Shown: piece after piece, positions 9,514-16,741 of the stretch
Layout: every line of letters starts with the position of its first letter
Numbering within the stretch: position 1 is the stretch's first letter
Assembly: GCA_944381315.1 (NCBI GenBank)
Contig: CALWKR010000042.1
Location: 2,021-66,020 of the forward strand
Length of the DNA: 64,000 nucleotides
Origin: an uncultured Christensenellaceae bacterium
GTDB lineage: Bacteria; Bacillota; Clostridia; Christensenellales; UBA3700
Reading direction: 5' to 3'
The notes under the pieces: model-generated
The model's input: only the letters and a program-made list of their open reading frames with translations
What the model was told of the DNA's origin: nothing
Database searches by the model: none
Made by a program: the position numbers and the translations under genes

Positions 9514-10724
9514 CCTCGCACCTCTTTCAGCGATCTTTGGAAACAGTCGATCACATATCCGGCGTCTTCGTCGCTCAAAAGCGTATGTAGCGGCAAAGTT
9601 ATCTCATTGGCATACTTCGCATATGCCACCGGGAAATCTTTTATGTCAAAGCCGAGATTTTTGTATGCGGTATGCATCGGAAGCGGCTTGTAGTGTACGT
9701 TGGTCGCCACGCCTTTTTCCGCCATCGCGGTTATGACCGCGTTGCGAATCTTTTCGTCGGCGCCGTAGATCCTCACGGGATAAAGATGCCCGCTCGACGC
9801 AAAATCGTCTCCGTAATGCTCCAATACATCACCTATCTTGCCTTTGATCGCCGCATCGTATTTGCCTATCAACTCACGGCGACGCGCAAGCAATCCATCG
9901 TATCTTTTCAGCTGGGCAAGCCCGATCGACGCCATTATGTCGGTCATGTTGCACTTTTGCCCGCACATCTTGATGTCGTACTCCCATGCTCCCGGCTTGT
10001 TTTTCGCCAACGCGTCTTTACTCTGTCCGTGCAAAGACCACAACATGAACCGATTGTAAAGCTCGTCATTGTCGACACCGTCAATGTTCCGCCACGTCAC
10101 GGCGCCGCCTTCCGCAGTCGTAAGATTTTTCACCGCATGAAAACTGAATGACGAAAAATCCGAATCCGCTCCGCTCATCTTTCCCTTGCGTACCGCCCCG
10201 AAACTGTGCGCGGCATCGGCTATCAATATATGCCTGCCGATCGCTTCCTGCAAACCGTTTGACGGACGGAAGACGCCCTTTGCCGCATCGAGTATGGCGC
10301 GGAGTCTGTCATAGTCGCACATCTTGCCGCCATAATCGACAGCGATGACCGCTTTCGTCTTCTCGTTGATCAAAGACGGCAGTTTGTCATAATCCATTTC
10401 GAACGAATCCGCCGCCGCATCACAAAGCACGATCTTTGCGCCGACGTGTTCGATCACACTCGCGCTCGCCGTATATGTATAAGCACATGTCACGACCTCG
10501 TCTCCGGGACCTATACCGAGGATACGCAATATGAGTTCCAATCCGGCGGTTGCCGAGTTCAGACAGACCGCGCGCTCGGTGCCGCAAAACTCCGCGATCC
10601 TTTTTTCGAACAGTTTGGTCTTGGGACCTGTCGTGATCCATCCCGAGCGCAAAGTATCAACTACTTCGTCGATCTCGGATTGCCCTATGTCGGGCGGCGA
10701 AAATTTGATTTGTTTTTGAGACAT
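9510..10724 (-). CDS. DegT/DnrJ/EryC1/StrS-family sugar aminotransferase (PglE/EpsN-like)
   Basis: Track ORF trimmed to ATG 10724 (MSQKQIKFSPPDIGQSEIDEV), preceded by a GGAGAAAG SD. PLP-lysine context FSFHAVKNLTTAEGG. Confidence 0.9.
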   Translation of the reverse strand: MSQKQIKFSPPDIGQSEIDEVVDTLRSGWITTGPKTKLFEKRIAEFCGTERAVCLNSATAGLELILRILGIGPGDEVVTCAYTYTASASVIEHVGAKIVLCDAAADSFEMDYDKLPSLINEKTKAVIAVDYGGKMCDYDRLRAILDAAKGVFRPSNGLQEAIGRHILIADAAHSFGAVRKGKMSGADSDFSSFSFHAVKNLTTAEGGAVTWRNIDGVDNDELYNRFMLWSLHGQSKDALAKNKPGAWEYDIKMCGQKCNMTDIMASIGLAQLKRYDGLLARRRELIGKYDAAIKGKIGDVLEHYGDDFASSGHLYPVRIYGADEKIRNAVITAMAEKGVATNVHYKPLPMHTAYKNLGFDIKDFPVAYAKYANEITLPLHTLLSDEDAGYVIDCFQRSLKEVRG

Positions 10725-10746
10725 TTCTTTCTCCGTTATTATTTTG

Positions 10747-10775
10747 ATTATACTACACGTCCGCGGATCGTGCAA
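10747..10775 (-). promoter_or_regulatory. sigma-A-type promoter of the glycan locus
   Basis: Minus strand reads TTGCAC-17 nt-TATAAT, about 20 nt upstream of the aminotransferase SD. Confidence 0.7.
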
Positions 10776-10859
10776 CCTTTGGGCGCGTTTATTTTTATTT
10801 ACTCTTATTATGCGCGGCGCAGACAAAAATAAGAACGGACGGCGCCGAGCGGTCGGGAA

Positions 10860-11363
10860 TTGGGCGAAAAGACGCGAAAAACAGACAAAACGCGCTTGCA
10901 CGCTTTCCCATACAGGCACGTTTGTCGGAAGAATTATGAGGTGAACGGTAAAGTGTTTGCCCGTCGATTAATTGAGAAAGTCTTTGCGGTAATCGACTTC
11001 GAACAGCTTCGCAAGCGCTTTGATGCCTTCGTCTTTGATCGTGTTTTTGCGCGGCAAGTGCGCGGTCAGCATATGGATCTGCGCCGCCTGTCCGAACCGA
11101 TCTCGATCGCCGATATCGCCGCCGCGCTGTATATGAGCCGCGGCTATCTGTGCGAAAAATTCAAGAAGGAGAGCGGCTCCACTCTGTCCGACTTCATCCT
11201 CTCGGCCAAGATCGACGAGGCGACGCGGCTGCTGTCGCCGACGGACAAGTCGATCTCGGCGATCGGCGAATATTTGGGCTTTTCGTCCCAAAGCCACCTT
11301 GGCAATACTTTCAAAAAATACATCGGCGTGACGCCCAAGCGCTTCTGCGAGCAGCGCCGATAA
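10860..11363 (+). CDS. AraC-family HTH domain protein, short (no recognisable sensor domain); start uncertain
   Basis: The C-terminal 100 aa form a complete AraC-type double HTH (ISIADIAAALYMSRGYLCEKFKKESGSTLSDFILSAKIDEATRLL...IGEYLGFSSQSHLGNTFKKYIGVTPKRF). The upstream about 70 aa are not recognisable. An alternative ATG lies at 11073. Confidence 0.6.
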   Translation: MGEKTRKTDKTRLHAFPYRHVCRKNYEVNGKVFARRLIEKVFAVIDFEQLRKRFDAFVFDRVFARQVRGQHMDLRRLSEPISIADIAAALYMSRGYLCEKFKKESGSTLSDFILSAKIDEATRLLSPTDKSISAIGEYLGFSSQSHLGNTFKKYIGVTPKRFCEQRR

Positions 11364-11367
11364 CGGC

Positions 11368-11604
11368 TCAACCCTCGCGCGGTTTGAGGAAGCGCACGTT
11401 CTTGGTCAAGACGTCGCTGTAAGAAAAGCAGCTGAGCTTGTCGCCGCTTGCCACCGTAAAGACGGCGTCATAGAGATCGCGGACTTTGCCGCGAAATTTT
11501 TCCACCTTGTTCCTGCCGTGATCTACGACGACGATGACGTCCATGCCGCACAGCATCGCTATCCGCGCGCGGCATGCGTCCAGCTTTTTTACAATCTCTC
11601 GCAT
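11368..11604 (-). CDS. veg: Veg family protein
   Basis: 78 aa. The pattern IVKKLDACR...VVVDHGRNKVEKFRGKVRDLYDAVFTV...FSYSDVLTKNVRF matches B. subtilis Veg as I recall it (SGILAETYPSVFVV...VSYSYADILTETVEL). Confidence 0.8.
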   Translation of the reverse strand: MREIVKKLDACRARIAMLCGMDVIVVVDHGRNKVEKFRGKVRDLYDAVFTVASGDKLSCFSYSDVLTKNVRFLKPREG

Positions 11605-11627
11605 ACCGCGATTGTTGCCATTGCGGC

Positions 11628-11654
11628 AAAAAAAATACGCCGCAAAAGCGGCGT
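11628..11654 (-). terminator. intrinsic terminator after the helicase gene
   Basis: Minus strand: ACGCCGC-tttt-GCGGCGT followed by ATTTTTTTT. Confidence 0.8.
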
Positions 11655-11658
11655 CGGG

Positions 11659-13227
11659 TCATCTGCCCTTCTTGGTCGTCGGCCTTGGGGCGCGAGCCTT
11701 TGGCTTGCGTCCTTCTTTGTACGCCTTCGCGTCTTTGCCTTTGCCTTCTCTCTTGGCAAGATCGGGTCTTGCGCCGCGCTCTTTGGCTTTGGCTCCCTTG
11801 GAAAATTCTTTGGAACTGTCTGCGACTTGGACGTTCACCTTTCTGCCGCCGAGATCGAGATCTTTGAGGGCGGCGATCTTGTGCTTTGCGTCCGCCGTCA
11901 CCTGCACGAACGAATAGGTGTCGCGCACTTTGACGTCCGTGATCTTGTACGGCGGCACGCCCGTGACCGCGGACACGAGCTTCGCCAGAGTCGCCTTGTC
12001 GAGCATATCGCGCTTGCCGACGTTGAGGAAAAATCGCTCGCCTGCCGCCGACGCCTCGGCGCGAGTGCGGACATTGTGCTTGTCTGAGCTGTCGACGGGC
12101 AGCGAATAGGTCTTGCAATCGTCGAGATCGACTTGCAGATGCTTGGAGACGACGCCCGTCTTGCGCGCATAGTCGCCGATCAGCACCGCTTGCTCGGGCG
12201 CGACAAAAGTGTACGCCTCGCCGCGGCGCGACGCGCGCGCCGTCCTGCCGATCCTGTGGACGTAGGCGTCCGCCTCGCCGGGAGGATCGAGATTGAACAC
12301 CGCCTGCAAGTCGGGGATGTCGATGCCGCGCGCGGCGACGTCCGTGCCGACAAGGCAATGCGCCTCGCCCTTGCGAAATGCCGCCATCGCTCGAGTGCGG
12401 TCGCGCTGGTCCATCTCGCCGTGTATGAGCAGCGCGCTCTCGCCCATCGCCGTCAGAGCGCGATGCACTCTCTCGGCGCGAAAGCGCGTGTTGCAAAAGA
12501 CGATGTATCTGTCATATCTCCTTTGCTTGACCAATTTGAGCAGGCACGCAACGCGCCTGCTGTCGCCGACGACGACATAGTATTGCCCTACGTCGGGCTT
12601 GTCCTCGCCTGCGGCGACGCCTATCCTGACGGGCTCGCGCATGATCTCTTTGCACAGCGCGGCTATCTCGTCGGGAAGCGTCGCGGAAAAAAGCAAATTT
12701 TGCCTGCCCGTGTTGATCTGCGCCATTATTTTGCGCACGTCGTCGACAAAGCCCATTTTGAGCATGACGTCGCCCTCGTCGAGCACGAGCGTGCGCAAAG
12801 CCTTTATCCGCAGCGTCTTGCGCTCCATATGATCGAGCACGCGTCCGACGGTGCCGACGACAATGTGCGGCTTTTTGCGCAGCGCGTAAAGCTGGCGCTG
12901 GAAGTTCTCTCCGCCATAGATGACGGCGGTGCGTATCCCTTCCGTGTGAGTCAGTGCGGAGCGAAAGACTTCGCCTATCTGCATCGCGAGCTCGCGCGTC
13001 GGACAGAGCACGAGCGCCTGCACGCCGTCCTCTTCGCGAATATGCGACAGAATGGGTAGCACATATGCAAGCGTCTTGCCCGAGCCGGTCGGAGCAAGAG
13101 CGATCACGTCTTTGCCATCCGCGATCGGCGGAATGGCGTCGCGCTGTATGGCGGTGGGGGTCGATATCCCTGCGTCCGCAAGAGCTTCGCGCAGCGGCAT
13201 GGGGAGAGTCTCAAAGATCTTGTCCAT
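11659..13227 (-). CDS. DEAD-box ATP-dependent RNA helicase with DbpA-type RNA-binding domain and Lys/Arg-rich tail
   Basis: Motifs APTGSGKT, PTRELA, DEGD (motif II variant), SAT, HGEMDQRDR, ARGIDI and HRIGRTARA. Start trimmed to ATG 13227 (MDKIFETLPMP). Confidence 0.9.
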   Translation of the reverse strand: MDKIFETLPMPLREALADAGISTPTAIQRDAIPPIADGKDVIALAPTGSGKTLAYVLPILSHIREEDGVQALVLCPTRELAMQIGEVFRSALTHTEGIRTAVIYGGENFQRQLYALRKKPHIVVGTVGRVLDHMERKTLRIKALRTLVLDEGDVMLKMGFVDDVRKIMAQINTGRQNLLFSATLPDEIAALCKEIMREPVRIGVAAGEDKPDVGQYYVVVGDSRRVACLLKLVKQRRYDRYIVFCNTRFRAERVHRALTAMGESALLIHGEMDQRDRTRAMAAFRKGEAHCLVGTDVAARGIDIPDLQAVFNLDPPGEADAYVHRIGRTARASRRGEAYTFVAPEQAVLIGDYARKTGVVSKHLQVDLDDCKTYSLPVDSSDKHNVRTRAEASAAGERFFLNVGKRDMLDKATLAKLVSAVTGVPPYKITDVKVRDTYSFVQVTADAKHKIAALKDLDLGGRKVNVQVADSSKEFSKGAKAKERGARPDLAKREGKGKDAKAYKEGRKPKARAPRPTTKKGR

Positions 13228-13248
13228 ACATTTATAATACAACATAAG

Positions 13249-13277
13249 TTGCAATGTCGCAAATCAAATTGTATAAT
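13249..13277 (+). promoter_or_regulatory. promoter of the SDR gene; -10 lies 6 nt from the ATG (leaderless geometry)
   Basis: TTGCAA (13249-13254)-17 nt-TATAAT (13272-13277). ATG at 13284 with no SD in between. Confidence 0.65.
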
Positions 13278-13283
13278 ATCGGT

Positions 13284-14015
13284 ATGAAAACTGTTTTTGT
13301 GACAGGCGCGACTCGAGGGATAGGCAGAGCGATCGCATTGAGGTTCGCACGCGGCGGCTATGCGGTCGGCGGCGTCTATCGGCGCGCGGACGACGACGCG
13401 GCGAGTCTTGTCCGCGAGCTCGGCGAACTCGGATGTTTCGCAAGCCTGCAAAGAGCCGACATAGGCGATCCCGCTCAATGCGAGAGCGCATACCGCGCGC
13501 TGTGCGACACGCTCGGACTGCCCGACGTGCTGATCAACAATGCCGCGATCTCGACGACGTCGCCTCTGTCGTTCGCGGACGACAAAGACATCGCGAGGAC
13601 TCTTGCCGTCGATCTCGGCGGCACGATCGCAATGACCAAACTCGCCGTCCCCGCGCTGGTCGAAAAGCGCGGTTGCGTGATCGACGTCGCTTCGATCTGG
13701 GGTGAAGTCGGCGCGTCGTGCGAGAGCGTCTATTCTGCCGCAAAGGGCGGCGTGATCGCCTTCACCAAGGCGATGGCAAAGGAGCTGGCGCCGTCGGGTG
13801 TGCGCGTCAACTGTATCTCTCCGGGGCTGATCGACACGGATATGAACGCGCGCCTGTCCGAGGATGAAAAGCGCGAATTGGTCGAGGAGCGCGTCCCTCT
13901 GGGCAGGATGGGTACGGCGCAAGACGTCGCGGCTCTCGCCTACTTCCTCGCGAGCGACGACGCGTCCTATATCACGGGTCAAGTCATCGGAGTGGACGGC
14001 GGATTCGGGAGATAA
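13284..14015 (+). CDS. SDR-family oxidoreductase (3-oxoacyl-ACP reductase FabG-like)
   Basis: MKTVFVTGATRGIGRAIA (TGxxxGIG), NNAA, and YSAAKGGVIAFTKAMAKELAPSGVRVNCISPG (YxxxK). Start trimmed from 13254. Confidence 0.85.
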   Translation: MKTVFVTGATRGIGRAIALRFARGGYAVGGVYRRADDDAASLVRELGELGCFASLQRADIGDPAQCESAYRALCDTLGLPDVLINNAAISTTSPLSFADDKDIARTLAVDLGGTIAMTKLAVPALVEKRGCVIDVASIWGEVGASCESVYSAAKGGVIAFTKAMAKELAPSGVRVNCISPGLIDTDMNARLSEDEKRELVEERVPLGRMGTAQDVAALAYFLASDDASYITGQVIGVDGGFGR

Positions 14016-14057
14016 TGCCGAAAATCGATGAATTTTCGATTTTTTTGCACAAAAGTA

Positions 14058-14087
14058 TTGACAACCTTGCGCTTTCTGTTGTAAATT
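14058..14087 (+). promoter_or_regulatory. orphan promoter-like element with no ORF downstream
   Basis: TTGACA (14058-14063)-18 nt-TAAATT (14082-14087). Followed by hairpins and terminators rather than a coding region. Confidence 0.4.
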
Positions 14088-14122
14088 AAAGCTACTTTCT
14101 CCACGGAGAAAGCTTGGGAGAG

Positions 14123-14160
14123 AGCGGTCGTTTACCCACGGGTTTGCGACTGCTTTTTTG
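14123..14160 (+). terminator. intrinsic terminator (first of a tandem pair)
   Basis: AGCGGTCG...CGACTGCT form an 8-bp stem (one G-U pair) with an inner ACCC/GGGT extension, followed by TTTTTTGTTT. Confidence 0.65.
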
Positions 14161-14163
14161 TTT

Positions 14164-14185
14164 GACCGCCCTTAGGCGGTTTTTC
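14164..14185 (+). terminator. intrinsic terminator (second of the tandem pair)
   Basis: GACCGCC-ctta-GGCGGT followed by TTTTTC. Confidence 0.65.
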
Positions 14186-14477
14186 TGTCCGATCTCTTCG
14201 CTCGTCGCGCGCGCAGCTTTAACGTTGTGACGGTCTATATTCGCCGACATTTCAAGCGATCTCTACGCGCGAACAAGTCCCGACGGTCTTGCGCTCCGAG
14301 CGCAGTTTGACTCATACAATGCGTTTCGAGGCGCGCGGCAACGATCTCTCCCGTGTGCATACGCAGTTTTCTGCCTTTTTGCGCGTCGATATCTGCTTTT
14401 CGCCGCATTTTGGACTTGTCCGCCGCGCGGAGAGTTTTTGCGTCCTTTCGCTTGCCTCCTTTTGGTTGCGCCGCGGA

Positions 14478-14506
14478 TTGACACGGCCGCGGCGATATGG
14501 TACAAT
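14478..14506 (+). promoter_or_regulatory. promoter of the beta-helix gene; leaderless geometry
   Basis: TTGACA-17 nt-TACAAT, with TG two nt upstream of the -10. ATG 14513 begins 6 nt after the -10, with no SD. Confidence 0.7.
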
Positions 14507-14512
14507 TTTTCT

Positions 14513-16018
14513 ATGATATTATATTCCTTCAAGAACATCGAACAGCTCGCCCGCGCCAAGTCGGGCAACGCCTACCGCTCCGCGACGGAGTCGCTGAGCT
14601 TCAAGCCGACCGACGGCGACCGCGCGGCGGTCAGATTCCGAGGGCTGCGCAACGCCACGATAGACGGCAACGGCGCGACTTTGCAGCTGGACGGCAGAGG
14701 CTACTACTTTGTGCTCGAAGCGTGCGAACGCGTGCTGATCGAGAACTTCTCTCTCGAGACGATCGATCCCGAATATCTCGAATTCACCGTCGTCAACTCG
14801 GGACTGACGAGCGCGGAAGTGCGCATCGGCGGCGAGTACACCCCGTCGCTCAACGGCTCCGCTCTGTCCGTATTCAGCGGAGAGCACGATCTGCTCTCAG
14901 GACAGGACGCAAGCTCCGTCTTTTGCCGCAATCTGTCCGACGAAAGCATCAAGCGCGAGTCTTCCGATCCCCTCTCCAAGCTCAAAGGCGCGTCCAAGCT
15001 CGCGACGGTCGGCAATATGCACACCGTCAAACTTGCCTTCTCGGGGCTGTCCCCTCTCAAAAAAGACTGCGTCTACATCCGCTTTGCCAAAGGCAAGGAC
15101 TGCCCCGGCATCTTGCTGATCAACTGCAAGGACATCACTCTGCGCAACATCGCGATACGCTACGCGCACGGCAGCGCGATCAAGGCGGATATGTGCGAGA
15201 ACGTGACCGTGCAAGACGTCACTCTCCGCGCGCAGACGGGCAGGAGCGTCGCCACTCTCGCAAGCGCGTTTGAAGCGATCGAGTGCACGGGCTCTCTGTA
15301 CATCTCCGATTGCAGGCTCGCCGCAACTCTGTCCGATACGGTCAGCGTCAAGGGCGCGCTCTATTCGATAGCGTCTGCGAGCGGCGATTCCGTCGTGCTC
15401 GCAGAGAGCTCCAAGACCGCGCTCTCTCCTTTCCAAAAGGGAGATGTCGCCGCCTTTGTCGACGGCACGATGAACAGGGTCGCGACTCTGACGGTCGCCG
15501 ACTATGACAAGACGACGCGCACCGTCAAGTTCGATTCCCCCGTCCCCGAGGACGCGGCGACGCTGAAAGCGGAGAACACGAGCCTGCACACCGCCGACGT
15601 CTTCTTCCGCCGCGCGACGCTCTACGGCTCGCCCGACAGCGGACTGTCCTTTGCGACGTCGGGCTTTGTGCGCGCGGAATATTGCAACTTCCGCAACATC
15701 GATGGCAAGGCGATCGTATGCACGACGGGCAAGGGCGACAGCGCGGGGCTCCCGACCAAAGTGCAGGCGGAGAGCAACAGCTTTGTCCAATGCCCCGACA
15801 CCTCGATCGAGATCGCCCCGTCCTGCGGAGGCGACGCCGCGATCGACGACGCCGACATATACGGCAACAAGTTCGAAGACTGCGGCAGAGCCGCGATCGT
15901 CGCGAGCCGCTGCCGCAACCTCTCGATCAAGAAAAACGTCGCCGACACAGAGAAGTATCAGGCCAAGATCTCGCAGTGCGGCAACGTCGACTCTGACGGA
16001 GTAGGATATATGTATTGA
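14513..16018 (+). CDS. right-handed parallel beta-helix repeat protein, putative glycoside hydrolase (possibly GH110-like)
   Basis: Track ORF 14438..16018 trimmed to ATG 14513 (MILYSFKNIEQ). NATIDGNGATLQLDGRGYYFVLEACERVLIENFSLETIDPEY resembles beta-helix glycosidases. No signal peptide. The family assignment is tentative. Confidence 0.6.
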   Translation: MILYSFKNIEQLARAKSGNAYRSATESLSFKPTDGDRAAVRFRGLRNATIDGNGATLQLDGRGYYFVLEACERVLIENFSLETIDPEYLEFTVVNSGLTSAEVRIGGEYTPSLNGSALSVFSGEHDLLSGQDASSVFCRNLSDESIKRESSDPLSKLKGASKLATVGNMHTVKLAFSGLSPLKKDCVYIRFAKGKDCPGILLINCKDITLRNIAIRYAHGSAIKADMCENVTVQDVTLRAQTGRSVATLASAFEAIECTGSLYISDCRLAATLSDTVSVKGALYSIASASGDSVVLAESSKTALSPFQKGDVAAFVDGTMNRVATLTVADYDKTTRTVKFDSPVPEDAATLKAENTSLHTADVFFRRATLYGSPDSGLSFATSGFVRAEYCNFRNIDGKAIVCTTGKGDSAGLPTKVQAESNSFVQCPDTSIEIAPSCGGDAAIDDADIYGNKFEDCGRAAIVASRCRNLSIKKNVADTEKYQAKISQCGNVDSDGVGYMY

Positions 16019-16040
16019 CGCGCACGGGCACCAAAAAATC

Positions 16041-16066
16041 GCGGCGTTTGAACGCCGCCTTTTTTG
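16041..16066 (+). terminator. intrinsic terminator
   Basis: GCGGCGTT-tg-AACGCCGC followed by CTTTTTTG. Confidence 0.8.
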
Positions 16067-16348
16067 TCTTCTCCCGGCTCGTTCCGCAGTGCGAAACTCC
16101 TTTCTTTGCAACGCCGCGATCATCGCTTTGGGCATGAGATCCGTTTTGTTTGAGGCGAGCGGCGTCGCACGACCGTCTCGGTCAAGGTCCTCTCTTTGCA
16201 TTTATCGCCGCATTGTTTGAGGCGATCGCAACGTCCTATCTTCTCGCGTCGAGATCATGGCTTTACGGTACTGCCGTCGCGTTTTGCGAGTGCGGCGCTT
16301 GCATATTTGCGACATTTTTCCGCATAAAAATTCATCCCTTACTTCATG

Positions 16349-16377
16349 TTGCGTCGGCCGCGAGCGTGTGTTATAAT
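16349..16377 (+). promoter_or_regulatory. promoter of the DUF4250 gene; leaderless geometry
   Basis: TTGCGT-17 nt-TATAAT (16372-16377). ATG 16384 begins 6 nt later, with no SD. Confidence 0.6.
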
Positions 16378-16383
16378 ATCGAT

Positions 16384-16560
16384 ATGCAGATATCCGGAGA
16401 TCCGATCATTTTGCTCTCAACGATCAATATGCTGTTGCGCGACCGCTACTCTTCTCTCGACGAACTTTGCGCCGCCGAAGGCGTCGACAAAGCGAAGATA
16501 GAGAGCGCTCTCGCCGCGGTAGACTATCGCTATGACGGAGAGAGCAACCAATTCGTCTAA
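16384..16560 (+). CDS. DUF4250 domain-containing small protein
   Basis: 58 aa: MQISGDPIILLSTINMLLRDRYSSLDELCAAEGVDKAKIESALAAVDYRYDGESNQFV. Matches the DUF4250 pattern as I recall it (...LLS.IN..LRD.Y.SLDELC......I...L....Y.YD...NQF). The track ORF's 78-aa N-terminal extension is rejected. Confidence 0.8.
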   Translation: MQISGDPIILLSTINMLLRDRYSSLDELCAAEGVDKAKIESALAAVDYRYDGESNQFV

Positions 16561-16682
16561 CGCATAATTTTTGCATAAAGCGCATAATTATCCATGTTTT
16601 GCGCTTTATGCATCTCTTTATGCATTTCGCGCATACGTTATAACGTTTTTCATGCCGATTTAATTTTTGTGCGTCAAATTGC

Positions 16683-16711
16683 TTGCATAAATATGCGAAG
16701 CGCACTATAAT
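16683..16711 (+). promoter_or_regulatory. promoter of the amino-acid ABC transporter operon, overlapped by a near-palindrome
   Basis: TTGCAT-17 nt-TATAAT. TGCATAAATATGCG (16684-16697) overlaps the -35 and spacer. GAGGAG SD upstream of ATG 16742. Confidence 0.7.
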
Positions 16712-16741
16712 GTTGTCATATTCTTTTTGAGGAGAACAACT

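Noticed and set aside
11468-12496. A 342-aa Arg-rich minus-strand ORF, plus similar Arg/Ser/Pro-rich ORFs (e.g. 13104..13982, 20112..20939, 26285..26983, 30577..31404, 43869..44708, 50613..52031, 54687..55619).
   Set aside because: These are alternative frames of real genes in GC-rich DNA. They are extremely Arg-rich and low in complexity, with no start signals.
14263-14568. ORFs 14263..14568 (minus) and 14289..14516 (plus) in the long spacer before the beta-helix gene.
   Set aside because: No SD, Arg-rich composition, and overlap with the well-formed TTGACA-17-TACAAT promoter. Treated as non-coding.
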